Part shown: piece by piece, positions 24,859 to 39,400 of the stretch
Position numbering within the stretch: position 1 is the first letter of the stretch
Layout of the letters: each line of letters starts with the position of its first letter
DNA from: Catajapyx aquilonaris
Lineage: Eukaryota
Reading direction: 5' to 3'
DNA length: 64,000 nt
Assembly: GCA_000934665.2 (NCBI GenBank)
Contig: JYFJ02000337.1
Location: 1 to 64,000, forward strand
The notes under the pieces: generated by a model
The model's database searches: none
What the model was told of the DNA's origin: nothing
The model's input: only the letters and a program-made list of their open reading frames with translations
Translations under genes and position numbers: made by a program

Positions 24859-27800
24859 TAATTATTATTAGTATTAATATATTACAACCAATGCACTACG
24901 GTATGTCATAGGCCTACCATTTATCATAGGCCTATTAGTTTATCGATGTTATGATACAGGCCTATCCTACAGTTGTAGGCCTATTAGGTAATTGCTTATA
25001 TACCGTAAATTATTAGTTAATTGCAAGATGTTTATCCATCTTGGTTAATTGTTATGATACACTGCAACTTATTTGTTAGAATTGTTGTGACACATATTAG
25101 TTATAATAACTATAATTGATATTAGTATACTGTAATAAGCAGCTTGTTAATGCCAAAAATCCGTTTCAGTTAGACAACCTCTCTGAATTGTGTATAAGCT
25201 TTTGGCACTCTGATTGCGTGGGGATGACCAGAGGGTACCGAGGGCGGACACCGTGTGTTCTGGGCTACTACCTGCGACGCTACCGCATCTCTTTTGCGTA
25301 TTCATGAATATACCTGCCAGCCGCTTTTTTTTAACGGTTTCCTGCCAGGGGGTCATCAGGCGTGAGGGCAGCACGAGGAGGAGTAGGCTACATGGTTATA
25401 ATAATGGCCCCTACTCTCCTTTTTTGGGTCACTCGAAGTTGGGGCCTCACCTTGCCTAATGGCTACCTTATGACCCAGATTGACCGTTGATTATATGCCT
25501 ACGACCTGTATACGTGGGATGTCCAATTGCTGAGGGGGGGAGGACCGGATCAGGGTTCAAAGGTAGTTCAATCTCATTTCGAGACCCTCCCATAGTTTAG
25601 GGCTTGGCGAAACTAATGGGTGAAGCCCCTCCTATATAGGGTTTGCTTTTTTATCTGGTGGTGTTCAATTTGTTACAGCACATCCTGAGGCTCGGTTGGT
25701 TTTTGCGTTGGACTTTTAACAACCTGATGCCTATTTTGCAGGAGGACAATATTGCTTGCATGTAACTTCTTCACTACAAAATATGACCCAAAGATTCTGA
25801 TCCAGCACGCGCCAGCATCTATACGCATCTAAACGGCCATCTTTGGCAAGCCCCCAGCATCCAGCACCATATGAGGACATGCGACATACCTTCGACCCCC
25901 CGCAGACTCCAACAGGTGGACCTTCAAGGCTCCGAATCAATCCCTCTGACCACCTGGTGATGACAGAGCAACTGGTTATAAGTTTATAAATGATCAAAGA
26001 GTGAGTAAATACCATGATGGCCATTTGTCCTCTACTATAAAACAAATGGAGGCCGCCATCTTTGCAGCATGTATACCGGGCCATCAATTGAAACTGTACG
26101 ATTAGAAAAAGGGCAATAAAAATCACCGCAGGAGCTGTTTGTACTTTTGTTGTCTTTCTGGAATTACAAGAGTGTCTAGGTAGTAAACTTGGATGTAAGT
26201 AGCTTTGCCGATTGATATGGTCCATTGGGAAAGCGGTGCTGATTGTTTCTCAACCTAACATGGGATAAATATTGATGAGAAGTTGCCGCTTACACCCCTC
26301 CGAGAAAAACAGGCCATATGCATGTAATTACCTGGATGGTAACGGGAACTATCAATGTTACACACGATTTAGGCGGTCAAGTTTTTACCAGAAAAATATA
26401 AAAGTTGTACCGCTATGTGCCGAAAAACGGTCTTAAATTGAGACTACCCAGTATGTAAATTGGGAAAAACTAATTGGTCTATCACTTGTCAGATAGCTCC
26501 GTTTATTTCCTATGCAATCAGTCGATTCCATATGTTTTTTGGTCGTTTTTTTTCTCAAGGCTGCGCACAAATGATTACCATCAAATCTTGTGATTGGGGT
26601 CACGATATTTGTCAGCCTTGAAGAATTTCCTTCACGGGTTGGGGGATGTCGGTTGAAAGCTGATGAATCAATCACAGCCTTGCCAGGTATGACCCTCAAA
26701 AGTATAGCCGACGCATGCCCCAAGATGGCGGCTAAACATCAGAAGAAAGCAAAGTGGAAGTGAGGATGTTTGACTACACTTTTATGGACTTTTGGAGTCT
26801 CGGTTCCAAGAGCTAACAGAGGGCCAGAAAAGGCCTTAGAAGAGAGGGCAAATATGCCCAGCAAATGAAACGCGATTTGCTCCGACATGATCTCTAAATA
26901 GGCTCGTAATCACAGTTCAAACAAAGCCATCGCGGAGGTTCCTTCTGCCACTTGGCCAAATAGGTGATAGTGCAAGCTAAAACCTTGTTCAAATAAGACG
27001 GATCTATTCACTAAAAGAATATACAAGGCAGTAGTGTGCAGATAGGGAGGATGCGCCATCTAGGTGGCACAATGGGCAATTCTGGCTGAAATTCTAGATA
27101 TGTAATAGGATTATCAACCTTCAGAGTTCATGACACGTCATGACATCACTAGGAGCAGGACAATAAGCATTTCTTAGTTGAAAAGGGAGCCTACCACCCA
27201 TCGAGAAGCTCTTTCTAATGAAGGTGGCCAATTTCTGGTCCCGCGCCAAAAAGCGCATTATTCCATATTTCCTAAGAAAAGGTCAGAAAAGGGGGCCGTG
27301 TGGGCCTTGAGGGGGTTTTTATAAAAGGGGACAGAGGACAGGTTGACAGGGCAGTACTAGAGGGGAGGACATTCAGAAGCACGAGATGCTGACGACTGCC
27401 TGATGAAAGAGGAGAAAACTTTTGGAGAGAGAGAGAGAAAAAAAAGAAGGAACAGCTGGCTAAAGGATCACTTTTGAGGTTACCCAAATAACCAAAAGGT
27501 TAATCGATTCCAAAATCAGCTCAAATTTCACAAAAACCGTACACAACCACCAAGGACCTTTGAGGTGCTGAGCAATCTATTGTTGATGACCTTCTCTCAG
27601 TAGGCTGGCACAATGATTGAATTTAACAATATTTGCAGGTAGTTCAAGGTGGCAGTCCGACCAAGGTACAAAATATTATTAAATTTTCAGTTACACATAC
27701 AGTGAACTATATTTCCCAGTCACACAAAGGACTGTTGACAGTGACAGGCGCATCTAAAGTAAACGAAATGTCTTAGGAATTGGGCTCAGGAAATCCCTTC

Positions 27801-28781
27801 AGACAGATTGCTGTAGTTTTTTCCTATTTTCTACCCAATTCCTCACCCCAAAAAAATCGGGGCTGGCACACAAAAAAAATGCCTGACCCTTGTTTGCCGA
27901 TGCGACAAGATTAAGCCATTCTGGAAATGGTGGAGATTTCTTTCGAAATAAAAAAAAGATCCTTTAAAAAATCTCCTGCCGGTTGGCTTCCTCCTTAAGA
28001 GTTGTCCCGTGTCAAAGACCTGGAGGGCAACCTTACAAAAGCGACCTTTTCAACCCAAAAAAATTCCACCTGCATCTTACCCCCAAATTTTTGGTAGAAA
28101 CCGACCAGTTATGCCACCAGAAAAAGAGGTTGGGTCGCACGACCCCCACCCACAAACCTTTCCACAAAATCGAAGGAGAAAAAAAACTAGTGGTATAATA
28201 ATCGAGGCTTTTCTATTCAACGTGAGTTTTTCAGGCGCCGAAAACGTGTCTATCAAATTTCATCAAAGCCTGGTTTTGTAAGGGTGAATTTTGGAACCAA
28301 GCTCGATTGCGCTACCAAAATATCCCTCCAGAATGGCCCATGGGGGATGAGTAAGCAGCTGGGGTTGGACTAAATTGAGCGACTTTTTTGTTGGAAAAAA
28401 AAAATTGGGAACCTAGAAAAAAAAAGAAGAGATAAAGGAAGAAGTCTCTTTCTTGACCCGCCTCAATGCGGCGATTGACAGTCATCCTGTTTCTTGGTTT
28501 TGGGGGAAAATACATGGAAACCTTGCACCCTTGGTTTATAAAAAGGAGGAACAAGCAAAACCACTTTACAGCCCTGCAGAAGAAGCCTGGAAATGTAAAA
28601 GAAGGGAGGGTTTTAATTGCGTGTGTCAGGACTGAGTAATGTCATGGAGTAAAGTGGGTCGTGTGATGTAATCAAAATTTAAACCAGTGTTGTCAAGTTC
28701 GTATGCAAACGCAGATGAATGCTTCTGAATTGTTGCTTATGAATAAATGTTAATTTTACATACGACCAGTAACATCATGTC

Positions 28782-28871
28782 TGTTTGTCCGACCTGATAG
28801 TGTCGCTATCTCTTGCACGACCTGAAGGTGGCAGGAGTGTGCAGAGGGATTATGCGTCATCTATGCATGAA
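28782..28871 (+). repeat. Dispersed ~90-bp imperfect-hairpin repeat, copy B
   Basis: Aligns with 33345-33434 (TGTTTGTCC..CTGATAGT..GCACG.CCTGA..GTGGCAGGAG.GTGCAGAG..GGA..TGCG..ATCT.TGCATGAA). A partial copy lies at about 27027-27062. Confidence 0.75.
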
Positions 28872-31800
28872 AATTAGTACTAAGTGGCAAATCGGCAGGC
28901 AATCTCATCAAAGTTGTTTGATTGTCACTGTCATACTGTTTTGCCAAATTTTGGCAACAGGTTCACTAGTTTAAGGTTACACTCTATGCCCGTCGTAGTT
29001 CCCACGCAATTTGTAATTCTCAACTTTTATTACACCTAAGGTCCAGTTCAGCAGGACTGTTTCGTGTTTTGTGTAAATAAGGGCAGGCAAGAGTCCACTT
29101 TGAGACCCATTCAGAGCACAGGTGTTGTATCCTCGGTACCTAACATGGCCAAGTCAAAGGTCGGCGTGACAGACATGAATGGCCTTAGCGGAAGTGGCCC
29201 ATAAAACTGTGGAAAAGTACCTGCTAGGACAGCTGCAAAGCCCAGTTTGGCTGATTGAGCCCACCTAATCTCCTCTTCTCCACTGATTTTCCCTCGTTTT
29301 TTTCGGTTTCTTTTTAAAGGTTCTTCTTGGAACGGGGAGGTGGAGAGAATCGAGGCTTGTTTCCTGCTTCTATTGCCCCCTTCGCCTTTATTCTTACGCC
29401 TCGTTACGTCGCCTGATGGTTCTTTAAAAACGGGTACGGCGTATAGTATACCAGACCCCCCTCCAAACCACCAGTCAAAGGACATGGGTCATGTCGTCTT
29501 GCCACACGCTTCATTTCACCCCTGCAGATTCCACGTCCATCATTGGAGGGGATAACTGTACCTTTATTGTTGGGGATCCAATCTAACGGGATTGTGTAGA
29601 TATTAGATAAGTGTGTGGATTCATAACGATTTCCTTCCAAGGAAAAATTCCATAATGATGATAGCACCCACACCAGCTGTGTCGCAAAAATATCCGCACA
29701 TGAATAACACGCATGTCAAAATTATACCAGCACATGAAACATGTGGGCCGAACCTTTTCACACTGAAATCCTACAAACATGCGATTTCGCACGCATGAAT
29801 CAACGCATTAGCACTGCAACCTTGAGGTCCTTTGGCAACGTGAGTCTGAAGCCCAGCACAAATTATGAGACGGCCCATACCAACGCGTCTACACCTGGCT
29901 AATAAATTAATAAGTGCTGAGAAAACATTCTAGAAAATGGAAGGACATTTGAGCATCAGGAAAAGTAAACGTCGTAATAAATTACTGACTCTTCTCTACT
30001 GGAGCCACAACAAACAAGTCCTTGAGGATGACCCATCCATCCAGATCATGGATCCCCATGTGGTCTGAGGTTGGTTTGACCAAAAGGCATCTATTACACT
30101 CCTCTACGACTATTTATTGCCCACCCAAAAAGAGGACCGGCTTAATTGGGGCTGGGTACAAGATTTGGAGGCCATGTTTAGGCACGTACCGGTTGTCATA
30201 AGGTGGCGACGACGACTAATGTAGACATCTATGATGGTTAATTATTCCATCTAGCCTAGCAGGAGTCTTCGAGAGACGTGGTGTCACGCGAGGGCCATAT
30301 TTTGAGGATGAGCTGTTTGGCTATTAATTGCTGCCGCTTTACACTTGCTTAAAGAATGGGCCAGATTGTTAATAAAATTGTAGTAATTGCACACTTTACA
30401 TGGACGTCGCCATGTTTGGTCCAACTTTTCCGTCTGTCTACCGTAATTAGTAGGCTCGAACAAACTTGAAATATAGTGCACCATCGCTGTGACTTGAGTC
30501 CGGAATGTGAGTAATCAATGACAGACACATCTAGTCACGTCTTCAGTCACGTCAACGCCAGAAAATGTTCGGGTCTTCCCCCTACCTCCATCTTGGATTT
30601 CTCCCAAAGGTGATTAATGGCTGGTCCCCATAGCCCAGCTGCCTGGTAAAGCCCCTCTGGGATAATTAAAGACACCCAAAGCAACAAGATCCGTCAACTG
30701 CAGATCTCCCTTCTCCCAACAACGGGGGACCACTAGCTGCCTTCTAAGACACACGCATTCTTCTTCCTACTCACCCGACCGTGAGACCCTTCCTCTTGAA
30801 ATCCTCAGAAGTGCGCTTGGTGGTCAGAAGGCCAACATTAAAAAGCAGACACCCGGCCCCAAAAATGGCTGCTGAGGAGATGAATAGGTCATAGACAGCT
30901 GGAAAAGGGAACACGACGAGAAAACCAGACCATTCCTCTCTTTTTTTCCGGGAATATGTTTACACACACCGGTAGGGGCTTCTGACTATTTATTTTCCTG
31001 GAAACCTCTGGAGGCGATACAGGAGTAGTGTAGTTCCTGCGAATGTCTGCAAACTTGACCTTGCAACTAGGGGTAAGATGAGAGGACCCCCGACACTTTT
31101 GGAGCGCTTGAGTGAAACCAGGAGAACCTTTTGCCGGCGGATGGGTTGGGTCCAAAGGAAGGGTGTCATGAAACTCAATGGCTTCTTTGTCTCGCCGCAC
31201 TGGAGGACGACTTCCAATTGGGAACCCCCCTAATTGGCCTGAGGGGCGGGTTGCCGCCAAAAACCCGAAGGGTGCTTTGGTAGGAGAAATGAAAAAAGGA
31301 AATAAGTACACCCCAGGGGTCGCCTTTGGGAGTACTCAGCCGCCGGATTTACACCGGAAGTGTTTGGCTTAGAAATGTCAGAAGGTTGAGTCACACTTTG
31401 GAGTCAATGGAGTCTTGGAAAACGATGTTGTCATCAGTAAACAATGCTGTGGTGCCACTGTTGGCAATGGCTTCAAAAGTGCGAATATTTGAAAGATATC
31501 CATCATGGAATGCACTAACAAGCCATATAAACAGTAGGTGGACAGCATACTAAAGGGTAGCCAATCATGCATGTTCTGGTGAAATCACATCCCATTTTTT
31601 TATTCACTAGCCAGAAGCAGACGCCGAACAAAGTATATTGCCTTGCAAACTCATCGATCAACCTTTCCACATCTGCATAATCACACACCTTGTGGGCTGC
31701 ACTTCGTCACTGGCCACCCTCAAAAAAAGTCCATAACCATCCACCCCATCAGTCATTGAAGCGAATTAATTGTCTCTGGCTTGTCGTGTACCTGTGATAA

Positions 31801-33344
31801 GGTAGCCCCCATATCAGGTGTGACTTCCTCGCTCATCCAGACACCTCCTTTAAATCAAAGCCTACATGCTGGAAGATTGATATGGCAGTCACTCATATTT
31901 TTATCCGCATGCGCGCATCCTATTAACACCCCCCCTAACAACTGACACGTGTAAAGTTGACGCATAATCTTCAGTGACAAATCCTTAAGGCTTCGGGCTT
32001 ATCTCGCAACCTGGGCAGCATGTTTTACAATGCAGGGGATATACACCCTTATCAGAAACTAGTAAATAAACAGGAAAAAGTGGTATTGGCACAGGTTTTC
32101 TCCCCAGTTCTACCTTTCAATACATGCCAATTAGTTGGTCGAATATAAATGTCCCTGCTTGTTAGAGTCCTCTTGTTTGGCTCACTTTATGGCCGTAATG
32201 GTCCAGAGCATTTCGGAGGCAACGCAAAATTAATCCATTCGGGGTCCATGCCAGGTTTGAGTTATTCCCAAATAGTCTTAACTGGCAAACAAAAAAAAAT
32301 GGTTAAGAAATGCCTGAATGCTCAATTCTCTTTTTGCGTGCTTAACGGCAGTTTGCGTCCACTTGTCTGTTTCTTTTGTCTGGAAGCAACGGGATAATAT
32401 CCTTGGATGCTCAGATGATCACGAAAACTCCACAAAGAGATTAGTTGCAAATCAGATGGTCAACTCGTGCGCGTAATTCGAATTGTTGTTGATTTTTATA
32501 GTTTCCCTTATTTTTTTATGCTCAGTTTCAGAATGACAGTGATTTCATCATCCACGCACCTGGCTGGTCGTCTCCAGGTGTGAGCTTCCATTAAAGAAAG
32601 TTTTTTTCTCAACATTTCGTTTGAGGTTACTTTCCCCTCCCAATGCTAATTGCGGGGCAGGTAGCTTAGGCGTAGGATTATTTGAGTGCATAACTCTACT
32701 TGGCATATTAGGACTGGAGTTTCTAAGGTGTCAAGGATTCTCATTCCGAAAGCCTATTTTCACACAAAAAAAACACAAGTTGACGTTTTATGGCCCCAGA
32801 TTAACTAGGAGGTGCCTAATTCGAGCTGGAGACTATTTATCTAATGGTTCTAAGGAGCAATGATGTCAAAACTGATTACTATATCCGTCCTGTCCAAAAT
32901 AAAAACTTGTTTTTATACCTTTTCGAAACTTGCACGAACGCAATTTGTGTCCCTCCAAAATTTCGTGATCCAGCGTCACGAAATGTTTGTTACCGGCTCG
33001 CAATATAAATGAAGATGACACTCGCCTTAAACTATGATAAACAGGCGTTTTTCCTAACCCTCATCAATTTGAAGGCGCAATTGAGCAATTCAATTGTCTG
33101 CTGGACGACCGCAAGTTCCTGCTGCACACCTGTGCCTTACAGTTACTTATGTATTTGACAAAAGGAGGACTTTGACCATGATTCAGCCGAATATCCGGCA
33201 TTTCCACGAGTCATTTACCGGGACAAGTCCGGACATTCCTAGCCAGTTAGGTAGTCCCGGTAGTCCAACCAGCCTGATTATGGTACATTCAGCCATAATT
33301 ATTTTATTGCCATACACAAAATCGGCTTTGTCTCTCTTTCCATT

Positions 33345-33434
33345 TGTTTGTCCAAGCTGATAGTACCACTACCTGTCGCACGGCCTGAGTGGCAGGAGCG
33401 TGCAGAGAGGGACGTTGCGCTATCTCTGCATGAA
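33345..33434 (+). repeat. Dispersed ~90-bp imperfect-hairpin repeat, copy C
   Basis: Aligns with 28782-28871. Internal inverted pairs GATAG/CTATC, GCACG/CGTGC and CCTG/CAGG. Confidence 0.75.
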
Positions 33435-36400
33435 GTATGCTATTACATGGACAGTCGGCGCCTTGGGGAAAGTTTTTTCCCTATAATATTATTACTATAA
33501 AAATTATTTCGATGGTTGGTACTCTCTTCTGACAGCATACATGTGTGAAGTACAATCCCAAACTTCATGAAGCTGTAAGGATCGACAAGTGATACAACAT
33601 CCAGCACGTATAATCGACCCCTAATTGAAAGTGACTTCAAGGCCCGCATAATTTGGCCTCCCTTATGCATCCAAGACACGCCTCTGCGACGATGTACACA
33701 CCTGTTTGTGAAGCTGGTCAAGCATCCCAATTTCACCCACCCTTACCTTCTTGTTTCGAATTCATCCCCCTCCTTTCCTCCATCCCCCTCCATCTCCCTA
33801 TGGCAACCATCCAAGTGCGGCAATTTGCACCTTCAAAAACCCCATCAGGCCCTTTCCGCTTCCAGCCATGAAAATGAGTATTGCCACACACCTCAATATC
33901 CTCTTCTCGATAAATCTTGCAGCCCTTTTGGAGGCAACGCCCATCACCATTTTTGAAATACGAACATGGCATCGTACTGGTGGTCCACTGGTTCCACGCC
34001 CCAACAGCCAGCAGAAGAGGAAGAGAGAGGGGGGACCACCAGCAACGCCTTTTTGGTCCTTGTAATTAGCGGGCTTGTGGCGACAAAGGCTGACAAATCG
34101 GTGATGAGCTCACCGAAGAGAGTTGGCCAAAGGGAAGAAAACCTAGCTAGGCTTAGGTGTGTTTTCTTCGGCATGCTAACGAGATCTTGATGGATCGCCC
34201 CAGGGGGGTGTTGCACATAAAGAAAAATTCCGTTGCTAAGAGAAATATTGAGGAGTCGAACGACGAACATTCCAGGAATGTCAACTTGTGAGATTTTCAA
34301 TGGATGTTGCCAATCTGATATCAAAAACATGAGCACAATTACAATTTTATTACCGTGTTGTCGAATGCATGATTTTTTGATTGCTACATGACAGTGTTAC
34401 AAATTGATGCAAAATTATGTGACGAGTGCCCCCCATCGTTCGCACCACCACCAGAAGGCATGGACATTAAAATGAAGGTCACTTCTCCGCTAAGTGTACC
34501 CAGCAAGGTGTAGTGCAAATAAGTTGCGCCTTATACGGTGCTGGAAGGAAATTGCTAATTGCTGCAAAAATTGCTTCAAAGTGTTCGCTCGTTCCAGTAG
34601 CAGGTGCTGTGGCGCAAAATAGCTCGCATTTAGAGGCTTGGCTGCTCGTGCGACAGGTTTCTTAGCTGTTTTTTTTTGTACATTCATGAAGTTCATTATA
34701 TAAGGTGTGCATGGCAAGTAGATGCCTACTTTCAAGTCACAATCGGTATTTCCCTAACGATTTCCAAGCATGCTCACCGATGGACGAAATACATTCTGCG
34801 GTAATGAGAACGCTTGTTTTCTTTTGTATGCAATCAGGATAAAAAACGATGTTTATGCTAATTTGGCCAGTTTTGACTGCCAGCATGAAGTACGACATGC
34901 ATCTAAAACATTCTGACTGGCACAATTCGTTAGGGCATCTCCCGATTTCTCTTCGGACCAGGATCCTTTTTTTGTGGCTGCAAATTTCACCATGAGCATC
35001 AATATGTTGATTTGAATTAGTAACACAGGCTCTCAAATTTTACTGGTTTTTAAGTGATAGATTTATTAATACATTATTTTATTTTGAATTTTTCTTCTGG
35101 AATCTTTCGTTCGTACGAACACCTTGTCTATACGTTTTTATACCACAGAATGCACATATTTGCACAAACCTCATCTTATTCTGACTTTAAGTACCAAGCA
35201 CACAGCTCCTCCACTTCTCTCACTCCTCCAACACACAACCTCGCTTCATCACCCTTCAATCCTTAGAATAGAGCTCCACTCATTATTTACTTTGAAAGCT
35301 GGCTTTATCACTCTTTCTCCACCTGTGATGAGAACACCCATGCTGTTGGATGCTCCTTCAGCTGAGTAAATTTTACGTCAATTTGATTAATAGTCTGCTG
35401 AACTCTGTATGGAAAAATATTATAAAAGCTAGCTGATCTATTGACTTACTCAAAATAAGTGGACACTTCATTAGACATAATGAAAATCATTGAAATAGAG
35501 CACCCTTGAGCAGATGATTATTCAGCAGGATTAAGCATCAGTTTTAATCCTAGATAAATTGATAACTTGGCATGAAAAGCGCAGGTAGAAAAATTCCAAA
35601 GTCCTTATCAAACATGACCATCTATTAGAAGCAGCGAGTCGGATGACGCTAATGGGAAATGGGCATAATATACGGCATAATAAGGCGGAGATGGCCTCTC
35701 TGGAAAAGACAAACGAGAGGATGGTCTCCCTCCTCGCACGTGTGCATCGCTATGGATGGACCGCTGCTTTTGGGACCTGTTCCCTCAGCATGTGATACAT
35801 GCTGTAGCCAGCTCTCACCCAACGTGTTTCTGTGGTGCCGACGGCACATGTGGCCACACATGATGGATGACGCACCCTTTGCGGTCCACGTACCAAACCA
35901 CGTGCACCCAACCACCTGATGCAATGCTCCTTACATTAGATCTTCTTCCGGAATCAAGTTCGGTAAACGGTAATATTAACGTCATCATTATGTTCCGCCA
36001 GGACATTTTTTGCGTCATGTCCACAAGTCGCCCACAAATATTGTGGTCCTGTGCACATGCGACCCAACAAAGAAGCATCCCCAGGAACTTCCTGACAGAC
36101 AAAACAGCGGTCCCCTTTCTGCCTTCTTGACACCCCTCGTATATACCCTACAAAATGAAAGCCAACTCTGGTGATGACCGGAGACAAATGTCCACAGGAT
36201 CCCCTTTTGGAAGAAGGACCCACAGTCGAAAAGTCTCCACTTTCCCCCCCTTTCTCTCCTCACAACAATGACTCTCTTGGGTGAAAAGAGATAAGAAGAG
36301 GGTTTGAACACTCCTGGCTGTACCATTAGGCCACTGGGGTCCTTCCTATATAATTTTTTTTACCCCCCTCTCAAAAATTACACAGTGCTCGAAACGTGGA

Positions 36401-39400
36401 AAAGCCGCCCTTTTGTTTACCCTGCCCCAGGAATGCCCCACCTCCACACCTCAACCCAAAATATTGCCCCATAACAAGGCGAGGTGTCTGAGGTGGAGTG
36501 ATAAAACACACCCCAAGCACACCTTGCATTTGATGGTAGTCTGAAACCGCGGCTCGCTAATCAAACAACACTCTTTAAAGAGACGTCGGACTTTTTCTAG
36601 CTGGCCTTCTAATCAAAGCCTCGTGTTTTCAAAGACGCCTACAATTTTTACCCTCACAACCTCTGAGAAAAACATCGTGATTCCGGCCTTACCTGGCAAC
36701 AAAAAAAAAATGTTTTGTCAAGGAGTCATTATGGACCTTGTCAGTGTTTGGAGGGATGCTAACATGGAATTCTAGGGGCTGTCACAAACGTTGTTATTTT
36801 CAGGGTCTGGAAGCTGCACTGGGAGGAATGTATATTTCCAAGCTGTCGTCGATTTGTTGAAGCTAACACCTGTTTTTTGGGTATGGACAAATTGGTGTCG
36901 GGTATGGCCTAGGAGCTGATTTTTACGCCGTCAATTTAGGAACAAGATTTATTCCCCTTTGTGTACAATAGGGACTTGTTAGGGGTCTTCAATTGACTTT
37001 GAAATATTTCGATGCACGTGGCCGGGTGCATGCGGGTTCAACAATTTACTACCCATGCGTGTGTTGCGAATTAGGAAGAAAGATGCTATACTATCCAATC
37101 AGAAACGGTATGTAAATTTTTATATTCTGATTGGACCGGATTTTTTTTTCCTGTTGGCACCTTGTTGCCAAGTTTTTTCCCTTGTAGGCGACTGAACAGT
37201 GCACTGTCGATTTGTCGTGAAGGATCAATTTTATTTACTTACTTATCCTATTGGCATATTTTCACCTCCCATTCATTACAATGTGAGGAATTGGTGTTGA
37301 TTGGTGCATCCCAACCAAAACGACCTGAACGACAACGACTCCCGTGTGAACCCACGCATGTCGGCACCTTACAACCTGACGATGCAACACACTTGTCATT
37401 CATCAGTTATTTAGGCCTTGAGGAGCATCGGATAAACTCAACCGAACGTGACATAAGTTACGCCCTGTGTTTCTTTTTTTTACTCCACGAGTCGTCGAGG
37501 CCTCCGTTTGACCCGTTCATAAAGACCCAGGGAGCGGAAAAGAGGAGACAAATGACACGGAGGAAGTTCCCTCGGCACGTTGTCTATTGCTGGAAAATTG
37601 TTTCGCCATGCCGTTAAGACTCCTAAGACTCGCTCAAGCCTTACTAATGACTCAGAAAAGGAAGCTGATCTGATCCATTCTTCTCTCTAATAGACGTACC
37701 GGTATAAACATCAACCGGACGAGAAATAAACGGCAACGTCGCGTGTAATTTGGGCCGAAAACAACTTTGGCTGATACTGTACTTATCAGAAAGGGCAAGA
37801 TATGCATTTTATAGACTTCATATTTTGTCGACCTTGAATGTTATCGGGCAAAGAATTGGCGTGATGTTGTCAGGTGGATTGCAGGTCTGAAAATAAGATT
37901 GCCAATCATGGAGGTAATGGGATAAAATTATTTGATGATGGTAAAAACTAAGTTATTCAGATCCTGCCTACAATTTTGAAGGCGCTGTAGCTGGAGGAAC
38001 AGGTAATTCTTATGAGCAACCGGACTGAGCCTGTCCAATGAGTTAAACAACTCCGAAGCGAAATTAATATATTTGCTAAAATAACCATTGACATAAAAAT
38101 TTAGAGAACACATTGGAGCTCACTTGATCATGTTGCAACAGTGCCAACTGGACCTGTATATGGTATGGCAGCCGGCTAACCCTATTAGTTTGCAATTTAA
38201 ATGCGATTTTATCAGTCCCTTTAGCTGCGATAACGGCTCTTATATAATGGGCTAAACGGCGCTTAACAAATCACTTCAAATTAAGCCAAGCAGAAAAAGG
38301 CGCTAAGGACTAATAACTTCCATCCGGCAAAAGGGTTGCACCTAATTCCTTGGCCATACCCGCCTCCATATAAATCCATGTCTCTTGTAAAAAGCATGTA
38401 GACAAATGGGAAGTCACATTCTCGCCATTTTTTCTCCCTCCCTTCCTCTCTTCCCCACAAGAGTACCAGAAACTATCCATCTGTCCCCCCACAATAGTGG
38501 ATGGTGACAAGACCCTCTGGGGCCTCCATCGCCCCCAAAAGAGGCGGAACGTCCATCGTGTCCAACAAAATTTAATGACCAAAACCTCCCCCATCCCTCA
38601 CCCCTCTCTAAAAGAGGAAGCCCTCTGGACCATTGTTGCAGTGGTCTGGCCTCGAACCCACCGTGGACAAGAGGCTATACCGGTACCATAATTATGACTC
38701 CCCTACCTCAGAGGGTGACCAAAAAAAGAGGGAAGGGGGACATGTTTCCGTGGGTTTGTACGGGTTCACCGCCCCGGAAATATTAGAATAACACCTTCCC
38801 CCCCCCCCCTCCTTTTGGGTGAAATCAGTGACTCGTGCCAATTTGGGTGGGCTATATGGAGGGACTAGGACTATAAATCTTGCTGTTAAACAGTGTAGTG
38901 TATCAATGTTGTGGGCATTTTCCCACGAGCCAGGTGAAGTTGTAAAAAAAAATGTGCACATGTTGGTTAAGTAACAAGTAATATAACTATTTTGAAGGAT
39001 GAGTGTGCAAGTAGCCTATTTTTTCAAGGGAGATAACCAGTGGTGACATATGAATCATGAGCTGTATGAAATATGGTGGACAGATGTGAAACAGCGGCTG
39101 CAAGTTTATCCTTGACCAACTAACAGCTATATCTATACGTAACATCAAAAAATAGAAATGTGTGCTAATTAGATGATGGTTAGTATTACACAAATTGATA
39201 TACGAAGGTACGCACACGTGTAAACCTTGATGGTTGCAACAACAAATAGGCCAATTTATGTAATGACCCAATAGCAGATAGCGCCAAGGCCAGTAATTGA
39301 ATGTAAACACCCTGTAATTAGCAGTTCGGAACAATCGCTCCATATCACAAACACGCCTGTAAAAAAAAAGTTTGCTCAAAGTGCTTCAAACCGTTTTTTT

